A stretch of DNA of 64,000 nucleotides from a candidate division WOR-3 bacterium (GTDB taxonomy: Bacteria > Hydrothermota > Tepidihabitantia > SM23-42), in contig JALVOT010000014.1 of NCBI GenBank assembly GCA_027026255.1, positions 23,986 through 87,985 on the forward strand, given 5' to 3'. The notes under the pieces are model-generated. The model ran no database searches. It saw nothing but the letters and a program-made list of their open reading frames with translations, and was not told the origin of the DNA. This document shows, piece by piece, positions 1 to 6,951 of this stretch. Made by a program: the position numbers and the translations under genes. Position 1 is the stretch's first letter. Each line of letters starts with the position of its first letter.

Positions 1-302
1 AAATTTTTATAGATTGAACCAGGTAGTACAATCGGAATGGCAAAGATTAATCCGATGCGGCGGCGCAAATCATTTATGGGAAGTTCCATAATGTTTTTAC
101 CGTCCAATAATATTTCACCGGTGATTGTGGCACCATCAAGTTCAATCAGGCGATTTATCGCCCGTAAAAGTGAACTCTTACCGGAATTTGCCGGGCCAAT
201 TATTCCCAGAATTTCATTTTCCGTAACATCGAGATTGATATTCTTTAATGCCTGAAAATTTTTATAGAATAGGTTCAGATTTCTGATTGATATCTTTGCC
301 AT
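1..302 (-). CDS. pstB: Phosphate ABC transporter ATP-binding protein PstB, 5' part only (runs off window start)
   Basis: Minus-strand translation from ATG 300-302 reads MAKISIRNLNLFYKNFQALKNINLDVTENEILGIIGPANSGKSSLLRAI..., an ABC ATPase N-terminus with Walker A-like GPANSGKS. Sits directly after pstA in canonical pstSCAB order. Absent from ORF track because no stop lies in the window. Confidence 0.75.
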   Translation of the reverse strand, partial: MAKISIRNLNLFYKNFQALKNINLDVTENEILGIIGPANSGKSSLLRAINRLIELDGATITGEILLDGKNIMELPINDLRRRIGLIFAIPIVLPGSIYKN

Positions 303-308
303 AATATT

Positions 309-1151
309 TTAATAGTATCGGGCAATGAAACGATGCACCAGACGATAGGCGATGAAGTTAATTAAAAGGATGATGATTATCAAAACGGTTGCAGTAGCAT
401 ACGCCTTGGGCATTGAGATGCCTTCCCGTGCAAGGATATAAAAATGGACAGCGAGGGTGCGGGTTGATGAGAATATTGAGGTCGGTAATCCCAAGGAAGA
501 GCCAGCAGTAAATATCACCGCAGCAGTTTCACCGATCGCCCGACCAATACCCAGAATAACACCGGTTAGGATACCGGGCAGAGCAGTAGGAAGCACGACC
601 TTTAAGATTGTATCAAGTTTTCCTCCACCTAAGGAGTAACTTATCTCACGGTAGGCCCGGGGGACGGTCTTTATTGCCTCTTCTGATGTTCTTATGATCG
701 TGGGCAGAATCATTACTGCTAAGGTGAGTCCTCCGGAAAGCACACTCCAGCCAAAGTTGAGGGTAATTACAAAGAAGATGAATCCAAACAATCCAAAGAT
801 GATTGAGGGCACACCATTCAGGCAGTCTGCACCAAAACTGATTATCCGACGCACAAATCCTGCTTTTGTATATTCGACTAAATAGACCGCACTTCCCACC
901 CCAATTGGTGCAGCAATGATTATTGCGAGCAGGGTGACAAACAGGGTTCCTAAGATTGACGGAAAGATTCCACCTGCCTTTCCCATATCCGTTGTTCTTT
1001 CGGTTAAAAATTTCAAAGAGACCTGACCAAGTCCGTTTTTCAGGATGAAGCCGATGATAAAGAAGAGGACGAATATTGTAATGACCGTCATTATCAGGAG
1101 TGCGGTATAGGCGATAATCTGGTTTGTGCGTGGTCCTACTCTGAAGGTCAT
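309..1151 (-). CDS. pstA: Phosphate ABC transporter permease PstA
   Basis: 280 aa polytopic membrane protein with the ABC permease signature region (GIGRAIGETAAVIFTAG); position after pstC. Confidence 0.8.
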   Translation of the reverse strand: MTFRVGPRTNQIIAYTALLIMTVITIFVLFFIIGFILKNGLGQVSLKFLTERTTDMGKAGGIFPSILGTLFVTLLAIIIAAPIGVGSAVYLVEYTKAGFVRRIISFGADCLNGVPSIIFGLFGFIFFVITLNFGWSVLSGGLTLAVMILPTIIRTSEEAIKTVPRAYREISYSLGGGKLDTILKVVLPTALPGILTGVILGIGRAIGETAAVIFTAGSSLGLPTSIFSSTRTLAVHFYILAREGISMPKAYATATVLIIIILLINFIAYRLVHRFIARYY

Positions 1152-1984
1152 TATTCCTTCCCTTTAAATCTTATTGCAATGATATTGAGAATCACGATGA
1201 TAATAAAGAGAAAGGAACCACAGGCAAAGAGGGCAGCCCTGTGATCACCGGTTGCATAACCGAGTTCTAAGGCAATGGTTGAGGTCAGGGTTCGGACTGA
1301 ATCGAGTATTGAATGGGGAATCTTCAGGGCATTGCCTGCGATCATAATCACTGCCATTGTCTCACCGATCGCCCGACCCATCCCCAGAATAATCCCGGCG
1401 ATGATGCCGGAACGTGCCGCCGGTATCAAAAGCATCACAACGGTCTGCCATTTTGTCGCCCCGAGGGCAAATGAACCTTCGCGATAGGTTTTGGGTACAG
1501 CCCTTAATGAGTCATAAGAGATGCTGACGATGGTTGGTAAAATCATTATGCCGAGGATTATGCTTGCGGTGAGCACTGAAAAGCCCGGGCCACCAAAATG
1601 GGTGCGGACAAAAGGAACCAGAATAACAATACCCATAAAACCATAAACCACGGAAGGAATGCCGGCCAGAAGTTCAATAATGGGTTTAAGGGTTTTCTGG
1701 ATTGTTCCTGAGGAAAATTCAGAGAGGAAGATTGTGCAGGCAAGTCCGAATGATACACCGATAATCAATGCCCCGGCAGTCACCATTATAGAGCCGACAA
1801 TCATTGAAAGAATTCCGAAATGTCCCCGGGTTGGAGCCCAGTGGGTTGAAAAGATATTATGGAGTCCGGCTTTAAATATCAGGGGTAATCCCTGCTGGAA
1901 GATAAAGAAGCTAATAAGGGCAAGGGTGAGGATTGCCGAAAAGGCGACTACCATCAAGAACTTTTCAGCAATCTTATCTTTCAT
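1151..1984 (-). CDS. pstC: Phosphate ABC transporter permease PstC
   Basis: 277 aa permease paralogous to PstA (GMGRAIGETMAVIMIAG); start overlaps the pstS stop. Confidence 0.8.
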   Translation of the reverse strand: MKDKIAEKFLMVVAFSAILTLALISFFIFQQGLPLIFKAGLHNIFSTHWAPTRGHFGILSMIVGSIMVTAGALIIGVSFGLACTIFLSEFSSGTIQKTLKPIIELLAGIPSVVYGFMGIVILVPFVRTHFGGPGFSVLTASIILGIMILPTIVSISYDSLRAVPKTYREGSFALGATKWQTVVMLLIPAARSGIIAGIILGMGRAIGETMAVIMIAGNALKIPHSILDSVRTLTSTIALELGYATGDHRAALFACGSFLFIIIVILNIIAIRFKGKE

Positions 1985-2774
1985 TATTAAATGGAACTGC
2001 GGGGATTAAACCATTCCCGGCAAGAATTTTCTGGCCCTTTGGGGATAAGACATAATCAATGAATTTTTTGACTTCACCTTTTGGTTCCTCAAGAAGTAAT
2101 AATAAAAATGGTCGACAGAATTTATAATGGTGGGAGATAAGATTTTCCGGGGTGGGTTTTATGCCATCAATGGCGATAGCCTTTTCCCGTTCATCAACCA
2201 GACCTGCAGATATATATCCGATACCGTTTGGTGTTGTGGCGATAATCTCTCTCACCGAGCCGTTAGAGTCCTGGACAAGGCAGCGGTCACTTATTTCTTC
2301 TCCCTCCATTATCAGTTCCTCAAATGAACCCCGGGTGCCGGAACCTTCTTCACGGGTAACCGGGATTATTATCTCATCCTTTCCTCCGACATCTTTCCAG
2401 TTTCTTATTTTCCCGGTAAAGATACCCCGAATCTGTTCAACCGTTAGATTATCCACGGGATTGCTCGGATGGACTATGACTGCAACGCCATCCATTGCGA
2501 TTAATATCTGTTTAAGCCGTTTCTCATCGCCAATCAGATGTCTTGATGAGGTGCCGATATTGCAGATGCGATTGAATGTCGCCTGGATTCCTGCGGTTGA
2601 ACCACCACCCTGGACAATGATTGCGATGCCGGGATGTTCACGCATATAATTGTCTGCGACCTGTTCAATAAACGGCTGGACCGAGGTTGAACCGGCGATA
2701 ATAATGCCGGAGCCTGCCTTTTTCTGGGTGCAGGTAAGCATAGTAAAGGTTAAAAGCATCAGAAAATATCGCAC
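1974..2774 (-). CDS. pstS: Phosphate-binding protein PstS (probable lipoprotein, GTG start)
   Basis: 266 aa with signal peptide and periplasmic-binding-protein motifs (SGTRGSFEE); first gene of the pst operon. Confidence 0.75.
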   Translation of the reverse strand: MRYFLMLLTFTMLTCTQKKAGSGIIIAGSTSVQPFIEQVADNYMREHPGIAIIVQGGGSTAGIQATFNRICNIGTSSRHLIGDEKRLKQILIAMDGVAVIVHPSNPVDNLTVEQIRGIFTGKIRNWKDVGGKDEIIIPVTREEGSGTRGSFEELIMEGEEISDRCLVQDSNGSVREIIATTPNGIGYISAGLVDEREKAIAIDGIKPTPENLISHHYKFCRPFLLLLLEEPKGEVKKFIDYVLSPKGQKILAGNGLIPAVPFNNER

Positions 2775-2783
2775 GGTCAGGTT

Positions 2784-2811
2784 ATTATAATCAGAATAAC
2801 CAAATCGTCAA
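2784..2811 (-). promoter_or_regulatory. sigma70-type promoter for pstSCAB: TTGACG, 16 bp, TATAAT, 9 nt before the GTG start
   Basis: Read directly on the minus strand: -35 at 2806-2811, -10 at 2784-2789. Confidence 0.5.
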
Positions 2812-2850
2812 TAAAATAATTCATCACTCAGGTAAATGATTCGATAACCT

Positions 2851-3033
2851 ATGATTTTTTCTAAACTTCTTAACATCAATCTTTATTCTGGATTTAAAAA
2901 TCGCCATTCAGGAGGGGTGGCGAGTTGTGGTTCAAGTGTTGAGGAGGCATTTAAAAATCTGAAAGAGGCAGTGGAGCTTTATCTTGAAAATGCCCGTGAA
3001 TTAGGATTACTGGAGCAAATTGAAGCTGAATGA
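2851..3033 (+). CDS. HicB-like (UPF0150) antitoxin-family small protein, no HicA partner
   Basis: C-terminal stretch SCGSSVEEAFKNLKEAVELYLENARELGL resembles the HicB/UPF0150 motif (GC.SQG.TLEEAL.NAKEA.ELYLE). No toxin ORF adjacent. Confidence 0.35.
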   Translation: MIFSKLLNINLYSGFKNRHSGGVASCGSSVEEAFKNLKEAVELYLENARELGLLEQIEAE

Positions 3034-3078
3034 TTTTTCAAGGGGAAATTTCATAATTGTATTATTAAAATATATGAA

Positions 3079-3513
3079 TTATTTGCCAAAGTCAATTTTT
3101 ATATTTATATCAGAAGGCACACGAAATCGTAATAAAATTTTAGAATCACCACTTAAGCGTTGTTTTTCAGCTCTAAATAGTATATTGAGATGTATAGAAT
3201 TATCATTTGTTTTTTCTGCTTGATTAGTAGTATTAGAAGAAAAATGATGTAGGTGTGCTTTTATATTGAGATATCCAGAAAAAGTGTTGTTCAATTTATC
3301 GATTGTTAAATAGCCAATAGCATCGGTTGTTCCTTCTGACAAGGAATATAGAAAACCATTAGCTTTATGGTAAAGAAATGATTTTATGGAGTCAGATTCA
3401 ATATTTACTGAGTCCATCAGGCAAGTATTAAATTTAATACATAAGAAATAATTATGTTGTATAACATCAAGATCATACATACTTGGTGATGCATAGTATC
3501 CATAGATTACCAA
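3079..3513 (-). CDS. Hypothetical protein, possibly an orphan toxin-tip remnant (TTG start)
   Basis: 144 aa ORF lying directly 3' of a degenerate Rhs core-end relic (3522-3545) but out of frame with it. No recognisable motif. Confidence 0.3.
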   Translation of the reverse strand: MVIYGYYASPSMYDLDVIQHNYFLCIKFNTCLMDSVNIESDSIKSFLYHKANGFLYSLSEGTTDAIGYLTIDKLNNTFSGYLNIKAHLHHFSSNTTNQAEKTNDNSIHLNILFRAEKQRLSGDSKILLRFRVPSDINIKIDFGK

Positions 3514-3521
3514 TACAGAGT

Positions 3522-3545
3522 AGTTTCCTTAAGGGGTTATTGATA
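3522..3545 (-). repeat. Degenerate relic of the Rhs core 3' end (encodes ..NNPLR..)
   Basis: ccttaaggggttattga matches the block encoding VNNPLRF at 7555-7571 and 5624-5640. Confidence 0.4.
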
Positions 3546-3562
3546 CCTTTAGTAACATAGTA

Positions 3563-4024
3563 TCAAATTCCTACAACCAAAAGCTGCAGGAATTTTGGCC
3601 CCATCCATAGAGCGAACCAGGTATTATCACCCTTAATTCGCAACCAGAACCACATAAGTAGAATTACCGCTATTGAACCAAGTAAACAATACCAGCCACT
3701 GATGGTTAAAATTAAACGTAATAACAATGGCGGTTCGAATTTCTTGCTGGCCTTACGAAGTTTAAGAGAAAATATAAAGATGAATATTCCGATCAGAACC
3801 AGAGGTGTTAAACCGATACGCAAAGGGGTAGTATCAGCAACCGTTGGGAATAAATCTGCATACCGTGACCAAGCATCCCAGAGTCTTAATACATATTCAA
3901 AAATGGTATTGAAAATAAAACGTGCGAGTATAGAGTATGGGAAATAGAAAGCAAAAGCACTAAAGAGAATTATAACTGCCCCTAAGAGAAATTTTTTAGT
4001 GAAGAAGTCTTTTATTTGCAGCAT
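3563..4024 (-). CDS. Small polytopic membrane protein, candidate Rhs-toxin immunity protein (paralogue of 4556-5050)
   Basis: 153 aa with about 4 TM segments; shares blocks with the 164-aa protein (PLRIGLTPLVLIGI vs SLRIALTPLLLIGI; ISGWYCLLGSIAVILLMWF vs ICGWYCLVMTSIVILAMWF). Lies just 3' of a cassette-junction relic carrying an intact promoter. Confidence 0.5.
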   Translation of the reverse strand: MLQIKDFFTKKFLLGAVIILFSAFAFYFPYSILARFIFNTIFEYVLRLWDAWSRYADLFPTVADTTPLRIGLTPLVLIGIFIFIFSLKLRKASKKFEPPLLLRLILTISGWYCLLGSIAVILLMWFWLRIKGDNTWFALWMGPKFLQLLVVGI

Positions 4025-4112
4025 TAATGCTCCTATTTATAAAAGTGTGAATTGACCCATTTTTTAGCAAAATAATATTCATCTTAGAGCGAATTTTCAC
4101 ATATTTCCTATC

Positions 4113-4225
4113 TGATAAGTAGTTTATCCCATTTTCGTCAAGTCTGCTGCCCGTAGTCTTTAATTTCTTCTCCATCTTTCCTTATTGATAATTATAGCAA
4201 AATTATCAAGGATTTCAAGATTTTT
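4113..4225 (-). repeat. Degenerate relic of an orphan Rhs-CT cassette 5' junction (leader plus first ~25 codons, no toxin domain)
   Basis: About 75-80% identical by eye to 5733-5840. Minus strand reads MEKKLKTTGSRLDENGINYLSDRKY, compare orphan cassette MKNELKTFSKELDENNLNYFCQRYY. Confidence 0.55.
4191..4218 (-). promoter_or_regulatory. Conserved cassette promoter (TTGAAA, 16 bp, TATAAT, 15-nt leader) in the relic cassette
   Basis: Same box sequence and spacing as the orphan-cassette promoter at 5803-5830. Confidence 0.5.
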
Positions 4226-4247
4226 TTTGATTCTTACGCATTTTTAT

Positions 4248-4532
4248 TTAGAATAAGAATATGTTGTAAATGTCTGTATGAATGCGGTTTAGCAATGTCC
4301 TTATGGATAAAACAATGCCTGTCAATCCAAATATGAAGTTTATTAATCTAACATAAGATAATTTTCTTTTGTCTTTATATGTCAGACCATACATTACTGC
4401 AATTATACTGAAAGGAATGCCTAACACAGGCTGGGTAGATAAAATCAAACCCATAATTACCCATACAAATTTATCAAAAATATTACTACTTGAATAATTA
4501 GTATCCATATTTTTTTTCTTGTTGATGAACAT
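4248..4532 (-). CDS. Small membrane protein (2-3 TM), function unknown
   Basis: 94 aa hydrophobic ORF between the two immunity-candidate paralogues. Confidence 0.4.
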   Translation of the reverse strand: MFINKKKNMDTNYSSSNIFDKFVWVIMGLILSTQPVLGIPFSIIAVMYGLTYKDKRKLSYVRLINFIFGLTGIVLSIRTLLNRIHTDIYNIFLF

Positions 4533-4555
4533 TATATATTAAATACATAATTATC

Positions 4556-5050
4556 TTAAGGCCCAGCTGGCATATAAATTGGCGCTCCGCTTAAATAGCC
4601 ATTCAGAAAATGGCCATAAACCATTATAAAAACGCTTGATTTATCAGGCCAAGTAAATGCACGAATTTGTATATCAAACCACATCGCAAGAATTACTATG
4701 CTTGTCATAACTAAACAATACCAACCACAAATCAATGAAATCCATCTAAGATTTATTAAACGATTAACTTTGCATATTGAAGATAATTTCTGTAACAAAA
4801 GAAAAAGTAGTATACCAATGAGTAGTAAAGGTGTAAGAGCGATACGTAAAGAATTTATACTGTTGGGAAGTGCTGATGTTGACAACCAGAACCTGGTTGT
4901 ATAATTCCATATAGTAACAAAGATGAACTTGGCTAAAATAGGGTATGGCAAATACCCGGCGATAAAAGCAATTATTATTGTAATTATGCCGATTGCAGCT
5001 CTATTCAGAAAAAGCTTATGTTTTGCGACTTCACCCAGTGCATTTATCAT
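4556..5050 (-). CDS. Small polytopic membrane protein, candidate immunity protein for the orphan Rhs toxin
   Basis: 164 aa; start overlaps the stop of the orphan toxin ORF (5047-5050), the usual toxin-immunity arrangement; paralogue of 3563-4024. Confidence 0.5.
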   Translation of the reverse strand: MINALGEVAKHKLFLNRAAIGIITIIIAFIAGYLPYPILAKFIFVTIWNYTTRFWLSTSALPNSINSLRIALTPLLLIGILLFLLLQKLSSICKVNRLINLRWISLICGWYCLVMTSIVILAMWFDIQIRAFTWPDKSSVFIMVYGHFLNGYLSGAPIYMPAGP

Positions 5051-5787
5051 TTTCTATAGAAATAAAAATAAACCCATCTATTTGCGAAGAGATGGCCTGA
5101 ATTATTTGCTTTTCTGTGAATTATGTTCCACCAAGATAGGTCAGTCCTTGTCCAACCGTGGGCACGTAGCCAAATAATTTCAGCAAATTCATGGGCAAAA
5201 GATTTTCGTAGACTCCAAGTCTTATTCCATTGCATTTTATTAATTTTAAACTCCCATATTGTCAAAATCTCATTTTTTGGATTACCTGCAACAGATTTTC
5301 CCAGGTGTTCAACAATCATATATTCAAATTTAGACACTTCAGCCCAATAATCTATTGTGGCAAGAAATCCAGAATTTTCTTTTAACCAAGATATTGCATT
5401 AAGAATATCATCTAAGGTTATTTTTCCCCCCGGATGATAACTTTCCCAATCATCATATGTAATTTGATCCAGCATCTTTTCAAGACTGCGCATTGCGTTC
5501 ATTAACTTACTTTGTCTTCTCAGTTGTTCCATATGAATAAATGTCCACCATGAGGGGTCGCCAGCGTCTACGGGACTTTCTTTTTTAGATTCCATCATTC
5601 TTTCACCAGTAGGGTCGGTAAACCTTAAGGGGTTATTGACACAATAGGCATAGGGAGATGATGCAGGGGAATTCTCAGGGTCCAACCTCAAAAACCTCCC
5701 AATCTCTGCCTCATAATACCGCTGGCAGAAGTAGTTAAGATTGTTTTCATCAAGTTCCTTGCTAAAGGTCTTTAATTCATTCTTCAT
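5047..5787 (-). CDS. Orphan Rhs C-terminal toxin cassette (Rhs core tail plus unrecognised toxin domain)
   Basis: 246 aa. N-terminus MKNELKTFSKELDENNLNYFCQRYYEAEIGRFLRLDP...YAYCVNNPLRFTDPTG duplicates the end of the full-length Rhs core (FDENNLNYFCQRYYEAEIGRFLSLDP...YAYCVNNPLRFTDPLG), then diverges completely. Confidence 0.65.
   Translation of the reverse strand: MKNELKTFSKELDENNLNYFCQRYYEAEIGRFLRLDPENSPASSPYAYCVNNPLRFTDPTGERMMESKKESPVDAGDPSWWTFIHMEQLRRQSKLMNAMRSLEKMLDQITYDDWESYHPGGKITLDDILNAISWLKENSGFLATIDYWAEVSKFEYMIVEHLGKSVAGNPKNEILTIWEFKINKMQWNKTWSLRKSFAHEFAEIIWLRAHGWTRTDLSWWNIIHRKANNSGHLFANRWVYFYFYRK
5612..5762 (-). repeat. Direct repeat of the Rhs core 3' end (orphan copy)
   Basis: 41-bp block 5612-5652 is identical to 7547-7587; about 70-bp block 5690-5762 is near-identical to 7640-7712. 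The spacer between blocks differs. Confidence 0.8.
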
Positions 5788-5802
5788 TTTTCCTTCTTGA
5801 TA

Positions 5803-5830
5803 ATTATAGTAAAATCAAGTGATTTTTCAA
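5803..5830 (-). promoter_or_regulatory. Internal promoter of the orphan toxin cassette (TTGAAA, 16 bp, TATAAT, 15-nt leader with AAGGA)
   Basis: Read on minus strand: -35 at 5825-5830, -10 at 5803-5808, ATG at 5785-5787. Confidence 0.5.
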
Positions 5831-5955
5831 GAAGATATTTCATCGCCCGGTATTTTATTTTTCTGGAAAAGTTGTGTATTAACAGAGGAAAATAATTGTG
5901 GAATCGAAACAAGTTGAAGGAAAATAAATATAAGTTAATTATTCCACAGCGTTTG

Positions 5956-6747
5956 TTAATGAAACACACCTCGTATATTCAATATTACCGATATTAATAC
6001 GAAAATATTAAAGCTCACAAAATAACCAATCGGTAATAACAAAGAATGTCGTTTCCAATATAAGTAAATTACGAGCAGTCCATTAAATAAAATCCAGATT
6101 GTGTTAATGATACTAAACTGATTGTGCGAGAATATTATCCCATGGCACAATGTGAAAATTATGGTAGTAACTATTGCACCAGTTTTAATACCCATCTTTT
6201 TAGCAAAAGCAGGGAATGCAAATCCTATGAAAAATATAGATTCTCCAATTGGTCCTATGATACTTACAATAATTGCGCGTGAGAAGTTTATGTAATAATT
6301 AATTTGATTGGAGGCAATAAACTTTGGTACTTTTGGTAAAATATTGTTGCCTGTAATTATGATTGGTAGTAATAATATAAGTTTTAAACATAAAGCCAGG
6401 ATAAATCCAGTAAAAAAATAAATTAGCCACCTATCGGATCGTAAACCTAAAGTTCTTAGTGATCCAAATTTTCTCAGTTTTATCCATAATATAGGCACAA
6501 ATGTGTAGAGAAGTTGATTAATCATTAAGCATAATATAACTATATACCAACGTTTTTTAAGATAAGTTAATAATATTGAATAAAGTTCTGAATTTTTTTC
6601 GAAATGTGAGAAATCTATATGTGTAGGTGAAAAGATTTTAAATGAAATTATGACCAAACTCAAATATATTAAAATAATAAGAAAAAAGGTCACGACGACA
6701 TCAGTTATACCCCATTTTACATTAAGTATCTCATTAGATTTGTTCAT
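5956..6747 (-). CDS. Polytopic membrane protein with degenerate CPBP/Abi-like motifs, candidate immunity protein for the full-length Rhs toxin
   Basis: 263 aa, about 7-8 TM. GPIGESIFFIGF and FTLCHG...SHNQF loosely match CPBP motifs (EExxxR, FxxxH, HxxxN) with catalytic positions substituted. First gene 3' of the Rhs toxin; extremely AT-rich. Confidence 0.4.
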   Translation of the reverse strand: MNKSNEILNVKWGITDVVVTFFLIILIYLSLVIISFKIFSPTHIDFSHFEKNSELYSILLTYLKKRWYIVILCLMINQLLYTFVPILWIKLRKFGSLRTLGLRSDRWLIYFFTGFILALCLKLILLLPIIITGNNILPKVPKFIASNQINYYINFSRAIIVSIIGPIGESIFFIGFAFPAFAKKMGIKTGAIVTTIIFTLCHGIIFSHNQFSIINTIWILFNGLLVIYLYWKRHSLLLPIGYFVSFNIFVLISVILNIRGVFH

Positions 6748-6951
6748 ATTTATCTTATGCTGGCAATAATTGTACAGCGATATTTCGATTGAAGAAAATA
6801 ATAATCAATGGTCTTGATACGATATTCGATTTGAGGTTATCTGTAATGAATAATCGAACTTATTCAGAAATTTATAAAAATGCAAACTGTATAGGTGGTA
6901 TCGCATCTGTAGTCCTGGTTAAATATCTATATCTGATGTGATATATAGCCA

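Noticed and set aside
37-255. 72-aa plus-strand ORF at the window start
   Set aside because: Lies antisense inside the pstB coding region, whose minus-strand translation is an obvious ABC ATPase; shadow ORF.
457-2649. Several 60-165-aa plus-strand ORFs (457-639, 694-885, 1275-1487, 1659-2009, 2127-2327, 2152-2649)
   Set aside because: All lie antisense within pstA, pstC and pstS, with no independent signals; shadow ORFs.
3020-3223. 67-aa plus-strand ORF
   Set aside because: Overlaps the 3' end of the 144-aa minus-strand ORF; no SD or promoter seen; low-complexity translation.
5784-5969. 61-aa minus-strand ORF between the orphan toxin and the CPBP-like gene
   Set aside because: Overlaps the mapped cassette promoter and both neighbouring genes in a different frame; likely spurious.
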